From a virus (taxonomy: Duplodnaviria; Caudoviricetes): DNA of 64,000 bases. The position numbers and the translations under genes were made by a program. Numbering within the stretch: the first letter of the stretch is position 1; each line of letters begins with the position of its first letter. The stretch lies in the IMG/VR virus record IMGVR_UViG_3300005973_000002, one strand, 5' to 3'. Of this stretch, positions 1-8,205 are shown piece by piece. The notes beneath the pieces are model-generated. The model made no database searches. It saw only the letters and a list, made by a program, of their open reading frames with translations, and had not been told where the DNA came from.

Positions 1-524
1 AGATCTTCAGGGTGTTTCCCACCTGTAAGCTTTGCAAACTTACCCATACCAGATGTTGCAAGCTTGTTAATCATAGTAGGTGTAACACCACCAAGCTCTT
101 TGCCAATATCCTTGAGTGAAACATCTCCAGTTTGATACTTGGCCTTTTCATCATCTTCTTCTGATTCATCCCGAGTGTCAAGATCATCAGCAGCAGAACC
201 AAGCTTAGCTGTAAGATCAACTTTGGCCTTCCAGAGATTAACCAAGTTCCTTGGAGAAGAAGGGAAAAGTTTACCACCTTTTGCAGAACTAATATAGTCT
301 AAAACATTGTTCTGAGTTACAGAAGGATCATACCAAGGCTTATCTTCATGCTTGACAGGATCAAAATACTGCCTCATGATCCATGCCTTAAATTCACCCA
401 TTTGAGATTTAGGCACCTTATTAAAGAGGGGATTGACGTCTTCTTTCAAAGCCCTCTGAACCTCTTCCTTGACAAGTTCTGCAATACGATTGCGAAGTGT
501 TGTTACTGGAGTCTTCTTAGCCAT
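1..524 (-). CDS. Hypothetical protein, runs off the window start; acidic helical leader and an HTH-like segment
   Basis: Not in the ORF track. My translation from ATG 524 is open to base 1: MAKKTPVTTLRNRIAELVKEEVQRALKED...VSLKDIGKELGGVTPTMINKL. TACTTAT motif upstream at 573-567. Confidence 0.75.
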   Translation of the reverse strand, partial: MAKKTPVTTLRNRIAELVKEEVQRALKEDVNPLFNKVPKSQMGEFKAWIMRQYFDPVKHEDKPWYDPSVTQNNVLDYISSAKGGKLFPSSPRNLVNLWKAKVDLTAKLGSAADDLDTRDESEEDDEKAKYQTGDVSLKDIGKELGGVTPTMINKLATSGMGKFAKLTGGKHPED

Positions 525-613
525 ATAACCTTTCCCCGTTTCTCAGTGAGGTACGCACTATACCTCATAAGTATCGTGGTGTGAACCCTTTTCTTAAGGG
601 GTTATTTTTATAG

Positions 614-898
614 TTATGCTACGTCGTCATCTGAGGAATTCCGACCACGCTCACGTTCACCGACACCTTCAGCTGTGACTTTGCCGTTGTTGCTGGTCCA
701 TCGTCTACCAAAATAAAGTGCTAAAATGGGTGACAAGTAAGCCATGGCAGTTGCTGCGTCAAAAGCTGGTACTGGTACGCCAAAAGGCGATGCAATAAGC
801 CAAGCTAATAACCAAAAAGTTACAGTAACGAAAGAAATAACCGACATTGTCAAGGAAGCACTTGGCTCACCTTCAGTATTTTTGATCCAAATTCCCAT
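614..898 (-). CDS. Small two-TM membrane protein, putative holin
   Basis: 94 aa with two hydrophobic stretches and a charged C-tail; adjacent to lytic transglycosylase genes; SD GAGGT. Confidence 0.5.
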   Translation of the reverse strand: MGIWIKNTEGEPSASLTMSVISFVTVTFWLLAWLIASPFGVPVPAFDAATAMAYLSPILALYFGRRWTSNNGKVTAEGVGERERGRNSSDDDVA

Positions 899-899
899 T

Positions 900-922
900 T
901 TTACCTCTTGTTGAGGTAAATA
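900..922 (-). promoter_or_regulatory. RBS-sequestering hairpin overlapping a TATTTAC late-type motif
   Basis: Minus-strand RNA UUUACCUC-AACAA-GAGGUAAA forms an 8-bp stem 1 nt before the AUG; the motif at 922-916 overlaps the 5' arm. Confidence 0.6.
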
Positions 923-959
923 TATTGTTATGAAAGTTTAGGTATAATATTTCAAATTA

Positions 960-1646
960 TTAAAGATCAAATTCAATTCCATATAATACATCTTCACACA
1001 TTAGCGGATGTATTTCACAGACATCAACATCTTCAATAGCTTCGGCATTTTGTTGAAGTTCCCTCATGTTTCGCAGTACGTGCCTTGCAAAACGAGGAGA
1101 GTTTCCACAACGACCACCAATATATCTTTGAAGACCTCGTCTAACATTGTTTGAACAGCGTTCAATAGAAGCTCTTAATATTGTCGCAGAATTTGCAATG
1201 ATAGACTCTTGACAAGCATCCGGTTGCTGCCGACATGTCCGTCTATAATCAATGCTAGTAAAAAATCGATCGTATCGTCGATAACTTGTATCAAAGGGAA
1301 TCCCCATAATTCCGCTTGCTAAATTTTCTTCAATATTAAATGGATTAAAATTAGAAGCTTCAATAGCTAATCCCAACAAAAGCCATGGATCTAAATCGTT
1401 TCGCCTCGCCTCTCTGAAAATCAAATTGACTAAAGCTTCAACACGACTTTCACAGCCCATTGGCGCATATTCGTCTCTGCAAAAATTCATATATTCACCA
1501 TTGGGCAACCTTAGGTGATTCAATACTACTTCTTTTGCTTTGTTTTTTTGATTATATGAATACATCGTGTCCATTGGGTCATCACCGACTTGTGCAAATG
1601 TCGTCGATGGTATTAAAAAGAACAATATCAACATAATTTTTTTCAT
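960..1646 (-). CDS. Secreted SLT-family lytic transglycosylase paralog, probably catalytically altered
   Basis: Signal peptide MKKIMLILFFLIPSTTFA; DPWLLLGLAIEASNFNP aligns to the neighbour's DPWLLAAIAWHESRFNP but has Ala at the catalytic Glu; GIMG replaces GLxQ. Confidence 0.7.
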   Translation of the reverse strand: MKKIMLILFFLIPSTTFAQVGDDPMDTMYSYNQKNKAKEVVLNHLRLPNGEYMNFCRDEYAPMGCESRVEALVNLIFREARRNDLDPWLLLGLAIEASNFNPFNIEENLASGIMGIPFDTSYRRYDRFFTSIDYRRTCRQQPDACQESIIANSATILRASIERCSNNVRRGLQRYIGGRCGNSPRFARHVLRNMRELQQNAEAIEDVDVCEIHPLMCEDVLYGIEFDL

Positions 1647-1727
1647 GTAAATTCTCATATGCATTAATAACTGGCGACCACACTATCATGCAATGTTGAT
1701 CTTGTTGAACACCAATACTCTTCTAAA

Positions 1728-2474
1728 TCATTCCTTGACGAAAATGCGTTCATTATTCGGTTGCGTAAAAACAAAAAAATTATTTTCTACAATCGCCTTT
1801 GCTCGGTTTGTAATATCTGCCATGGCAGCAAATACGGCTCTGGGGTATCGACGAGGTCCATTGCATCTACCTGAATTGTACATTCTTAACCCATCATGAA
1901 CGGAGCCACAATGTTCGATAGAACGCTTAAGCCAATACACTGCTCGCTCTACAATCGGTCGTTGACAGGAACCAAATTCTCTACGGCATTGTTGTCTATA
2001 CCAACGTTGTCGAACGAATTGAAGCCCTTGAGACCAGCGAGACCGACGAAGTATCTGCACTAAACCCACAGCGCCTTCACTAGATTCAGCAAATGGATTG
2101 AACCGAGATTCATGCCAGGCAATGGCTGCAAGTAACCAAGGATCAAATCCTGCCTGTATTGACACATCAAAAATGTAGTCAACCAGCACAGAAATTTCTT
2201 TTTCGCAACCATAAGTTAGTTGACGACAGTGTCTAGCGTATATTTGACTATCATCTGCCGGTCTAGTCCACACTGTTAGTTTTTGCAGAACAGCATTTGT
2301 CATAAGCGTCCTATCCACAGCAAATTCAGCTTGATCTATTTCAGAAATTTCATATTCGTATGAATAGCATCCTTCGCCGCTTCTTTCATCACATTCGGTT
2401 GCCTGTGCGACTCCAATTGACGTGGTAAAAACAACTGTCAAAAAGGCAGTCATTGCCACTTGAAAAGTTTTCAT
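1728..2474 (-). CDS. Secreted SLT-family lytic transglycosylase
   Basis: Signal peptide; AIAWHESRFNP (catalytic Glu), GAVGLVQI and YNSG motifs; Cys-rich. Confidence 0.85.
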   Translation of the reverse strand: MKTFQVAMTAFLTVVFTTSIGVAQATECDERSGEGCYSYEYEISEIDQAEFAVDRTLMTNAVLQKLTVWTRPADDSQIYARHCRQLTYGCEKEISVLVDYIFDVSIQAGFDPWLLAAIAWHESRFNPFAESSEGAVGLVQILRRSRWSQGLQFVRQRWYRQQCRREFGSCQRPIVERAVYWLKRSIEHCGSVHDGLRMYNSGRCNGPRRYPRAVFAAMADITNRAKAIVENNFFVFTQPNNERIFVKE

Positions 2475-2477
2475 ATT

Positions 2478-3191
2478 TCACCTAAGTTGGTTGAGAATGC
2501 AATTCTCAATACGAGGGATTACCCTACTAGCCCAATCGTTTGCACCCTCAAAAGTAAAATGTAAGCCATCCCCCGTTCTACCAAAAGTTCCGGTGATATC
2601 TCTTGATTCAATATAATGTTCTGGTCCAACTACCTCATGAATAATTCTTGCAGCTTGATCTCTGCCTCGTTGTTTTTCTCTCGCTCGTTCGTCATCTCCG
2701 ACAATTACAGCAGGGGATATCCAACAGTAACTAACTGTTTGCCCCGATGGCTTGTTCGCCTCAGCTTTTTCTCTAATATATTCCCAGAGCTGCTCAACCT
2801 CATTATGATAATTTGGATTTCTGGACCGTTGCCAATCATTGCCACCAAGTTCAATTAAAACTAAAGTAGGTTGATGATTCCCCATAAAACGATTAATATT
2901 ATGTCGATGTACCCACCAATTTCTCACGCCCCAACCAGGTTGTCCTGCACGAGCATAATAACTAGCACCTGCGCCAGTAACGTGTGCAAGCATTGCCACT
3001 CCAAAAGAACCAGCGACTTGTGAATTTCCCAAAAGAAAAACTCTCTGATTGTCAATAGGAGATCTCGGGGAGCCTTGAGCCTCAACATATTCATTTGAAT
3101 ATGAGTCCTCCTGGGCTAAACTTGGCAAGGCTACGACTAATATTAGTGTTGCAAAACTAACAAAATAAACTATGGCACTTAATCGTTTCAT
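2478..3191 (-). CDS. Secreted SGNH/GDSL hydrolase
   Basis: Signal peptide; block I LGNSQ, block III ELGGND, block V DGLHF. Start moved to ATG 3191 (SD GGAG). Confidence 0.85.
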   Translation of the reverse strand: MKRLSAIVYFVSFATLILVVALPSLAQEDSYSNEYVEAQGSPRSPIDNQRVFLLGNSQVAGSFGVAMLAHVTGAGASYYARAGQPGWGVRNWWVHRHNINRFMGNHQPTLVLIELGGNDWQRSRNPNYHNEVEQLWEYIREKAEANKPSGQTVSYCWISPAVIVGDDERAREKQRGRDQAARIIHEVVGPEHYIESRDITGTFGRTGDGLHFTFEGANDWASRVIPRIENCILNQLR

Positions 3192-3232
3192 CAAAACTCC
3201 GACAGTTAAACTGTATCGCTCACACATAAATT

Positions 3233-3508
3233 TTAACGTTTTTCTTCATGAAGATATAACACATTGCTTTCATCTGCCACAACAACTTCAAAGTTATTGC
3301 GTGATAGATCGTAAGATACGCCTACAGGTACTTTCCACACAGAGTTAGACTCTTTTTTTTGCATTTTTTCTTGCAGTGCTTCTAAATCACGTATAATCAA
3401 CTCTATTCTTGCAGGTGTAAGAAGTTGTCCAAGATGCTTTTCATAAAGCTGACTTGTATACCACATCAACGCTTTTGTCATGTGAGATTTTATGATTCTT
3501 AACTTCAT
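3233..3508 (-). CDS. Hypothetical protein
   Basis: 91-aa ORF tightly packed in the minus-strand run. Confidence 0.6.
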   Translation of the reverse strand: MKLRIIKSHMTKALMWYTSQLYEKHLGQLLTPARIELIIRDLEALQEKMQKKESNSVWKVPVGVSYDLSRNNFEVVVADESNVLYLHEEKR

Positions 3509-3524
3509 ATTCTATAGTATTAGC

Positions 3525-3761
3525 TCATTTGTCAGACTTGTTCGATTTTGCTTCATGTAGTCGAATCATCCACCAATTAGCGATTCCACCCATAAGAAAA
3601 CAAATTCCATTGGCAAGAAAAAGCTGTGCATACACGTGAGATAAACCGATAAAAAAACATACAAGTGCAAAAATCATGTTCAGGACAACCATAAACAAAC
3701 AAAACTTGTACATGCGATGAGGGTTTAGAATTTGTTTTAATTTATTGATCGTCTTCATCAA
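3525..3761 (-). CDS. Hypothetical two-TM membrane protein
   Basis: 78 aa with two hydrophobic helices. Confidence 0.6.
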   Translation of the reverse strand: MMKTINKLKQILNPHRMYKFCLFMVVLNMIFALVCFFIGLSHVYAQLFLANGICFLMGGIANWWMIRLHEAKSNKSDK

Positions 3762-4035
3762 ACTTTATACCAAAATAATTGATTGGTACTACCATACCCG
3801 GATTATCATCTGATATGAATAAGCAATAGTGAAACCACCAGTCAAATGTGTTGGGATAGATATAATCTCTGCTACGACAGTTCCGACATGACCATCCCAA
3901 ACTGCATCTGTAGACCAAAACATACCCCTCTGTATCCGGGTTTTTTGTTGAGCATCTTTTTCTCGAAGATAACCCCGTCTTTAACTTTTCTCATTTAATA
4001 GCCTGATGATATTCTTCAGTGTATACGGTATAGGA

Positions 4036-4716
4036 TTACTTTAATCCTGTTATTTTACCACGATAATAATCTTTGTAGGATATTTTCTTACCAGTAATGT
4101 GACAACTTACAATGTTGTGCTTTACCTGGATGGTGCGAATCTTATCTCCACGCATTCCGGAGCCGACCTGTTCTTGACGAATTTGCTCACGCTTTTTCGA
4201 ATATATTTTTTTCTTTTCACTTAAGAGCTTTGCTTTTAAGATTGCAAGAGCATTTTCTCGGTTAGTTTTTTGACTTTTTGAACTCTCAGCTCTTACAGTA
4301 ACACCAGATGGTAGATGTGTTAACTGAACAGCGGTTGCATTCTTGTTTCGATGTTGGCCACCAGGCCCACTTCCGCAAGTAAACGATTCTTTTAAATCCT
4401 TAGGATCTATATGAATTTCCTGCTGCTTTGCCTCAGGTAACACAGCTACCGTAATAGTGCTGGTATGTACTCGCCCACGTTTTTCGGTTGGTGGTACACG
4501 TTGCCAACGCAAGCCACCAGCTTCACTTTCAAAGAATCTTATTACTCCTTTTCCAGAAACCTTAAAAACAACAATATTTTCGTTAATTGTTATTTCTTCT
4601 ATAGAAAAATTCATAAGATTACAAGCTTTCCCATAAATTCCAAATTGTACGTGTATCAAATCACGGGCATCGGCACCACCCTCTCCGGGCCTTATTTCTA
4701 CAATTATACTTTCCAT
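4036..4716 (-). CDS. Peptide chain release factor 1-like protein lacking N-terminal domain 1
   Basis: RVPPTEKRGRVHTS (PxT motif), GPGGQH (GGQ), SQxxNRE, GSGMRGDKIRT; 226 aa; SD AGGAG. Confidence 0.9.
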   Translation of the reverse strand: MESIIVEIRPGEGGADARDLIHVQFGIYGKACNLMNFSIEEITINENIVVFKVSGKGVIRFFESEAGGLRWQRVPPTEKRGRVHTSTITVAVLPEAKQQEIHIDPKDLKESFTCGSGPGGQHRNKNATAVQLTHLPSGVTVRAESSKSQKTNRENALAILKAKLLSEKKKIYSKKREQIRQEQVGSGMRGDKIRTIQVKHNIVSCHITGKKISYKDYYRGKITGLK

Positions 4717-4742
4717 TTTTTTCTCCTATTTGGAGAGAGGAA

Positions 4743-4910
4743 ATAGATATCAACACCAGACCAACTCCATGTCCTGAATGTTCTTCTGAAGAACCATTTC
4801 GTAATGGGTTCTATCGTGGACGTGCTGGTGTCAAACAAGCTCAACGTATGATTTGTAAAACTTGCAACTATAAATGGAAGATAAAGGTCAAAGCCAATCC
4901 AATAAGCTGA
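4743..4910 (+). CDS. Small InsA/IS1-like zinc-ribbon peptide; start codon uncertain
   Basis: Not in the ORF track. Translates ...PCPECSSEEPFRNGFYRGRAGVKQAQRMICKTCNYKW...; only an ATA follows the SD-like GGAGAGAGG. Confidence 0.45.
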   Translation: MDINTRPTPCPECSSEEPFRNGFYRGRAGVKQAQRMICKTCNYKWKIKVKANPIS

Positions 4911-4984
4911 TTTGTACAAGCTTGTACGAGTTATCACACTCAGCAGCACGGATTTCTACGATAATTGACATTTTCTTCTCCTGT

Positions 4985-5060
4985 TGGTGCCCAGGAAGGG
5001 ATTCGAACCCTCACTGTGCCGGTTCTGAGCCGACTGCCTCTGCCATTGGGCTACCTGGGC
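4985..5060 (-). tRNA. trnL: tRNA-Leu(CAG), 76 nt, short variable loop, encoded CCA
   Basis: Acceptor GCCCAGG/CCTGGGC; anticodon stem GTCGG/CCGGC with loop CTCAGAA; 5-nt variable loop; T-loop TTCGAAT; A73; CCA. Confidence 0.9.
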
Positions 5061-5098
5061 GTGCGACAGCGTACCCTATAAGTATACTGTCTTTTACT

Positions 5099-5185
5099 CT
5101 ATTGTTCCAAACTTAGGAATAGCCGATCAATGCCAATGGTCCAACCGACACCTTCACAATTTTCGCTCCTTAAAAGATTCCTCAC
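5099..5185 (-). CDS. 28-aa mini-ORF resembling class II aaRS (HisRS-type) motif 3
   Basis: GTG overlaps the upstream TGA (GTGA); MRNLLRSENCEGVGWTIGIDRLFLSLEQ. Confidence 0.35.
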   Translation of the reverse strand: MRNLLRSENCEGVGWTIGIDRLFLSLEQ

Positions 5186-6005
5186 TCTTTCAGTCTGAGC
5201 TTCTTCAATTCTCGGGAGCTAATTTGACGAAGTTGCCAACAATATACGCTCTTTCCATAAGTCTGTTCACACTTGCGAGCGCCCTCACGTCCATCATATC
5301 CCTCAGTAAAATTAGAAACTTTGAGATAAACGTCGTAAAAATCTCCATGACGCCACATTTCACGAACAAATTCCCGTCCTCCGTAACCGATTCGTCGATC
5401 TTGGTACGATTCAGCCTTGGGAATCTTTTTTAGAGCGGTCTTGTACCAGATTCCGTGTTTACGAACGTAAATCTTTCCCTGATATTTAAATACGTCAGGG
5501 TTATCTTTGCGAGGTTTTCTTTTTGGCAATCGAGGAGCACGACGAAGGATGCCATCAGAATCAACATAAAAGGAATTGTCTCGACCACGATCGATTACCT
5601 CGTGTTCCAAACCCCAAACGTCAAGCGCATAGAGTTTGCCATCATCCTTGTAATAGGCAACACGATCAACATATCCCCAAAGATGTTGATAAATGTGTGC
5701 ATTCACAGCATTATCGTTAGGGCAAACCTTTCGAATTTCCGAGTAAACGTCATCCCACTTACGGCCAATCGAACTACGCAAAAATCGAACCAGAGGACCA
5801 AGGTGTTCGCCAAAAGACTTGTCACCACGGGCACGCTTGCCAAACATAGATTCCTTACGAGGAAGGGACCACTCATCGTAGTCACCTTTCGTAGCTTGTT
5901 GAATCTTTTTTTTAGAACCTTTTCTTTTATTAAGAGCTTTTTTTTGTTAATCCAACCCTGATAGCGAGGTTCCTCGCAGAGTACCTTTTTGAAATCTTTT
6001 CTCAT
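5182..6005 (-). CDS. Hypothetical protein, joined across a -1 frameshift
   Basis: ORF 6005 (MRKDFKKVLCEEPR) joins the -1 frame at an A8 run (plus-strand T 5938-5945) to give ...ALNKRKGSKK...RKESMFGKRARGDKSFGEHLGPLVRFL (about 274 aa). Confidence 0.65.
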
Positions 6006-6117
6006 AAACCTTTTCTCCTGCTAAAGTACATATCAACCATATCCCTGTCGAATGGGTTGTAGTCTCAAAATGATTACTTTGCAGTAGATGGTTCACTGAT
6101 TTCTCCAAAAGAGGCGA

Positions 6118-6423
6118 TCACTTAGACTGAAGTACCAATCCTCGGTCGAAACCGCCTCGAAGTTGTAATTTTTTAATTCTAGTTTGCTCTATTTCAACAG
6201 AATTGTGTCCAAGAGCCTTAGCCAAGGAGTAAACGACTTCTATCACATCAGCCATTTCTTCTAAACTCGGTTCAGCAACAAGTTCAGAAGCTTCCTCAAT
6301 TACCTTGTCAAGTAAGAGAGGGATTTTTTCATTGTCATGACACGAGATAATTTCAAGGTTATCAGAGAGACCGCCATTATCATCAATAATTTTAGGTATC
6401 TTATCTCGTATTAACTTTCTCAT
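6118..6423 (-). CDS. MazG-like / PRA-PH nucleoside triphosphate pyrophosphohydrolase
   Basis: MRKLIRDKIP start; EEASEL...EEMADVIEV...RGGF. True start is ATG 6423; the longer ORF call reads through the tRNA. Confidence 0.85.
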   Translation of the reverse strand: MRKLIRDKIPKIIDDNGGLSDNLEIISCHDNEKIPLLLDKVIEEASELVAEPSLEEMADVIEVVYSLAKALGHNSVEIEQTRIKKLQLRGGFDRGLVLQSK

Positions 6424-6432
6424 GTTATGAGT

Positions 6433-6523
6433 TGGCGGAAGGCAGAGGACTTGAACCCCAACGGTTGTTGACCGTCCATCCGCTTTCGAGACGGCGGCGA
6501 TCACCCGGATCGCTTTACCTTCC
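6433..6523 (-). tRNA. trnS: tRNA-Ser(CGA), long variable arm, encoded CCA
   Basis: Acceptor GGAAGGT/GCCTTCC; loop CTCGAAA; long variable arm; T-loop TTCAAGT; G73; CCA. Confidence 0.9.
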
Positions 6524-6540
6524 AAAGGTTTGTGTAATTA

Positions 6541-6816
6541 TTATTTGTCTTCCAATTCGCCAAGGATTTCTCCAGTGCTTATGCTATATTCATAGCGTGA
6601 TGGAGGTAATGTAAAAGTTGCCACAAATTGATCATAACAATCTTCACAAATGTCCCAAGCATGCTTTTGCATGTCTTTGCGAGACCAAAATCCCCAATGA
6701 ACCTCTAAGGAGGCGTAATCTTTCTCAGTTTCATGGTCACACTGACTCCCACACTTGTTGCAGTAAACTGCATCAGTCTCTTGAACTTGGATAGTTTTTA
6801 TCGTAAATGTTTTCAT
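6541..6816 (-). CDS. Hypothetical protein with two CxxC motifs
   Basis: CNKC and CEDC; 91 aa. Confidence 0.7.
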   Translation of the reverse strand: MKTFTIKTIQVQETDAVYCNKCGSQCDHETEKDYASLEVHWGFWSRKDMQKHAWDICEDCYDQFVATFTLPPSRYEYSISTGEILGELEDK

Positions 6817-7016
6817 TATTTTCGCCTAAAGGTCCAAACCCAGGCAGCAATATGCTCAACGATATCGTTGTGCAGGGCTGATTTTGTAGCGAATTCTCGT
6901 ATCACCTGTGCGTTTTCCCACGCATCTCTGGAGATGCCCTGCATCTTCGCTGATTTAGCTGATAGCATCAACCTTTTTCTAGCTTCAATTTTGGACTGAA
7001 CATCTATTTCAGACAT
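6816..7016 (-). CDS. Hypothetical protein
   Basis: 66 aa; stop and start overlap with the neighbour. Confidence 0.6.
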   Translation of the reverse strand: MSEIDVQSKIEARKRLMLSAKSAKMQGISRDAWENAQVIREFATKSALHNDIVEHIAAWVWTFRRK

Positions 7017-7029
7017 AATGGAGATTAGA

Positions 7030-8205
7030 TCACTTTACAAGTTTTGTAAACAGCTCAGTCTCACGTCGTTCAATTTCTTGTCCGATTTCTCGTCCCTTTA
7101 AACCCTGAGCCATCAACTCTTGTCCACTCACGGATGGTTCGTATTTAATAAATGCATCTACCAAATTCATGTCCGGCTCACCACTAAGTTGAGCAAATTC
7201 CTTCAAGTCCTCAGGAGAAAGTCGTGTCGGCTTCCACAATTTTTTCAAATGATAAGCATTCTCGGGAGAAAGGTTTTGAAAAAGATTAAGAAAAGCAATT
7301 TGCCTAGTTTCAACTACACTGTATTTTAAGTTGTTTAACTTTTGAGACAAAACTTTAGGATTGTTATCTCGTGTAAGAAGAGCAAGTTGCACTGGGATGT
7401 TCTTTGTTTCTTCATACCACGTGTTTAGCTTTAACCCAGGTAAAATCTTTTCCCATAAATTGAAAGAGTCATAAAGACGATGTAAGGCCCTGACGGATTG
7501 GGCACTCTTAATGCTTTTCAAGAATTCATCTCTGATTCTTTCAGGCGACACACCCTCTAAGGAATTATTTGCCCTAATGGCGTCTTCGGTCGGTTTATCA
7601 AGCCCAGCACCCATACGAGCTGCAAATCTAATAGCTCGCAAAATTCTCAGTCTGTCCTCATCAAATCTTTCTGAGGGATCTCCAACAGCTCTAACCACAC
7701 CTTTTTCTAGATCTTCAAGACCGCCTACCAAGTCCACAACTTCTTGACTGTCGATGTCATAAAAAAGTGCGTTAATTGTAAGATCACGACGTTTCACATC
7801 ATTTTCAATAGTAGTAAACTCAACTGCATCGGGTCGTCGACCCACCAAAGACTTAAATTCTCGATATTCTTCTGGAAAAAGTTGTGCGGCTTTATTTTTC
7901 CAATTAGCCGACTCTGTCAACTTGTTTGTGGTTGTTGGGGTAAATGTGATAAAGATACCATCTGTAGGATCACCCTCCACGACACTGATACTATCAGTGC
8001 TGTACTCATCGAAAATTTTATAGTGTTCATCCCACCAATCTTCTTCGGGTGTACCTGCTTCATATCGACATCCGAGTGTATGAGTTTCAATGAACCAGCC
8101 ATTTACAATAACAGTATCACCACAAGTTCTTGCAGTCTTCAATTTAGCCAGAAGGTCATTTCCAGCCTTTTGAACGGTTGCAGGTAAATCTTCATACTTG
8201 GTCAT
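7030..8205 (-). CDS. cca: CCA-adding enzyme (class II tRNA nucleotidyltransferase), C-terminal piece with a 121-aa foreign leader
   Basis: GRRPDAVEF, DVKRRDLTINA (motif B), DLVGG, RAVGDPSERFDEDRLRILRAIRF (motif D), SPERIRDE. SD GGAG 8 nt before ATG 8205. Confidence 0.9.
   Translation of the reverse strand: MTKYEDLPATVQKAGNDLLAKLKTARTCGDTVIVNGWFIETHTLGCRYEAGTPEEDWWDEHYKIFDEYSTDSISVVEGDPTDGIFITFTPTTTNKLTESANWKNKAAQLFPEEYREFKSLVGRRPDAVEFTTIENDVKRRDLTINALFYDIDSQEVVDLVGGLEDLEKGVVRAVGDPSERFDEDRLRILRAIRFAARMGAGLDKPTEDAIRANNSLEGVSPERIRDEFLKSIKSAQSVRALHRLYDSFNLWEKILPGLKLNTWYEETKNIPVQLALLTRDNNPKVLSQKLNNLKYSVVETRQIAFLNLFQNLSPENAYHLKKLWKPTRLSPEDLKEFAQLSGEPDMNLVDAFIKYEPSVSGQELMAQGLKGREIGQEIERRETELFTKLVK

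Noticed and set aside
3752-4035. Read-through extension of the release factor into a roughly 80-codon open frame
   Set aside because: It needs read-through of both TAA and TGA, and all three frames are partly open here, so no product can be supported.
5020-5032. Reading the tRNA at 4985-5060 as a UCA (opal/Sec) suppressor
   Set aside because: The 5-bp stem fixes the 7-nt loop as CT-CAG-AA, so the anticodon is CAG; there are no Sec-tRNA features.
6424-6525. N-terminal extension of the MazG-like ORF given by the ORF track
   Set aside because: It is the tRNA-Ser sequence read as codons; the family-typical start MRKLIRDKIP begins at 6423.
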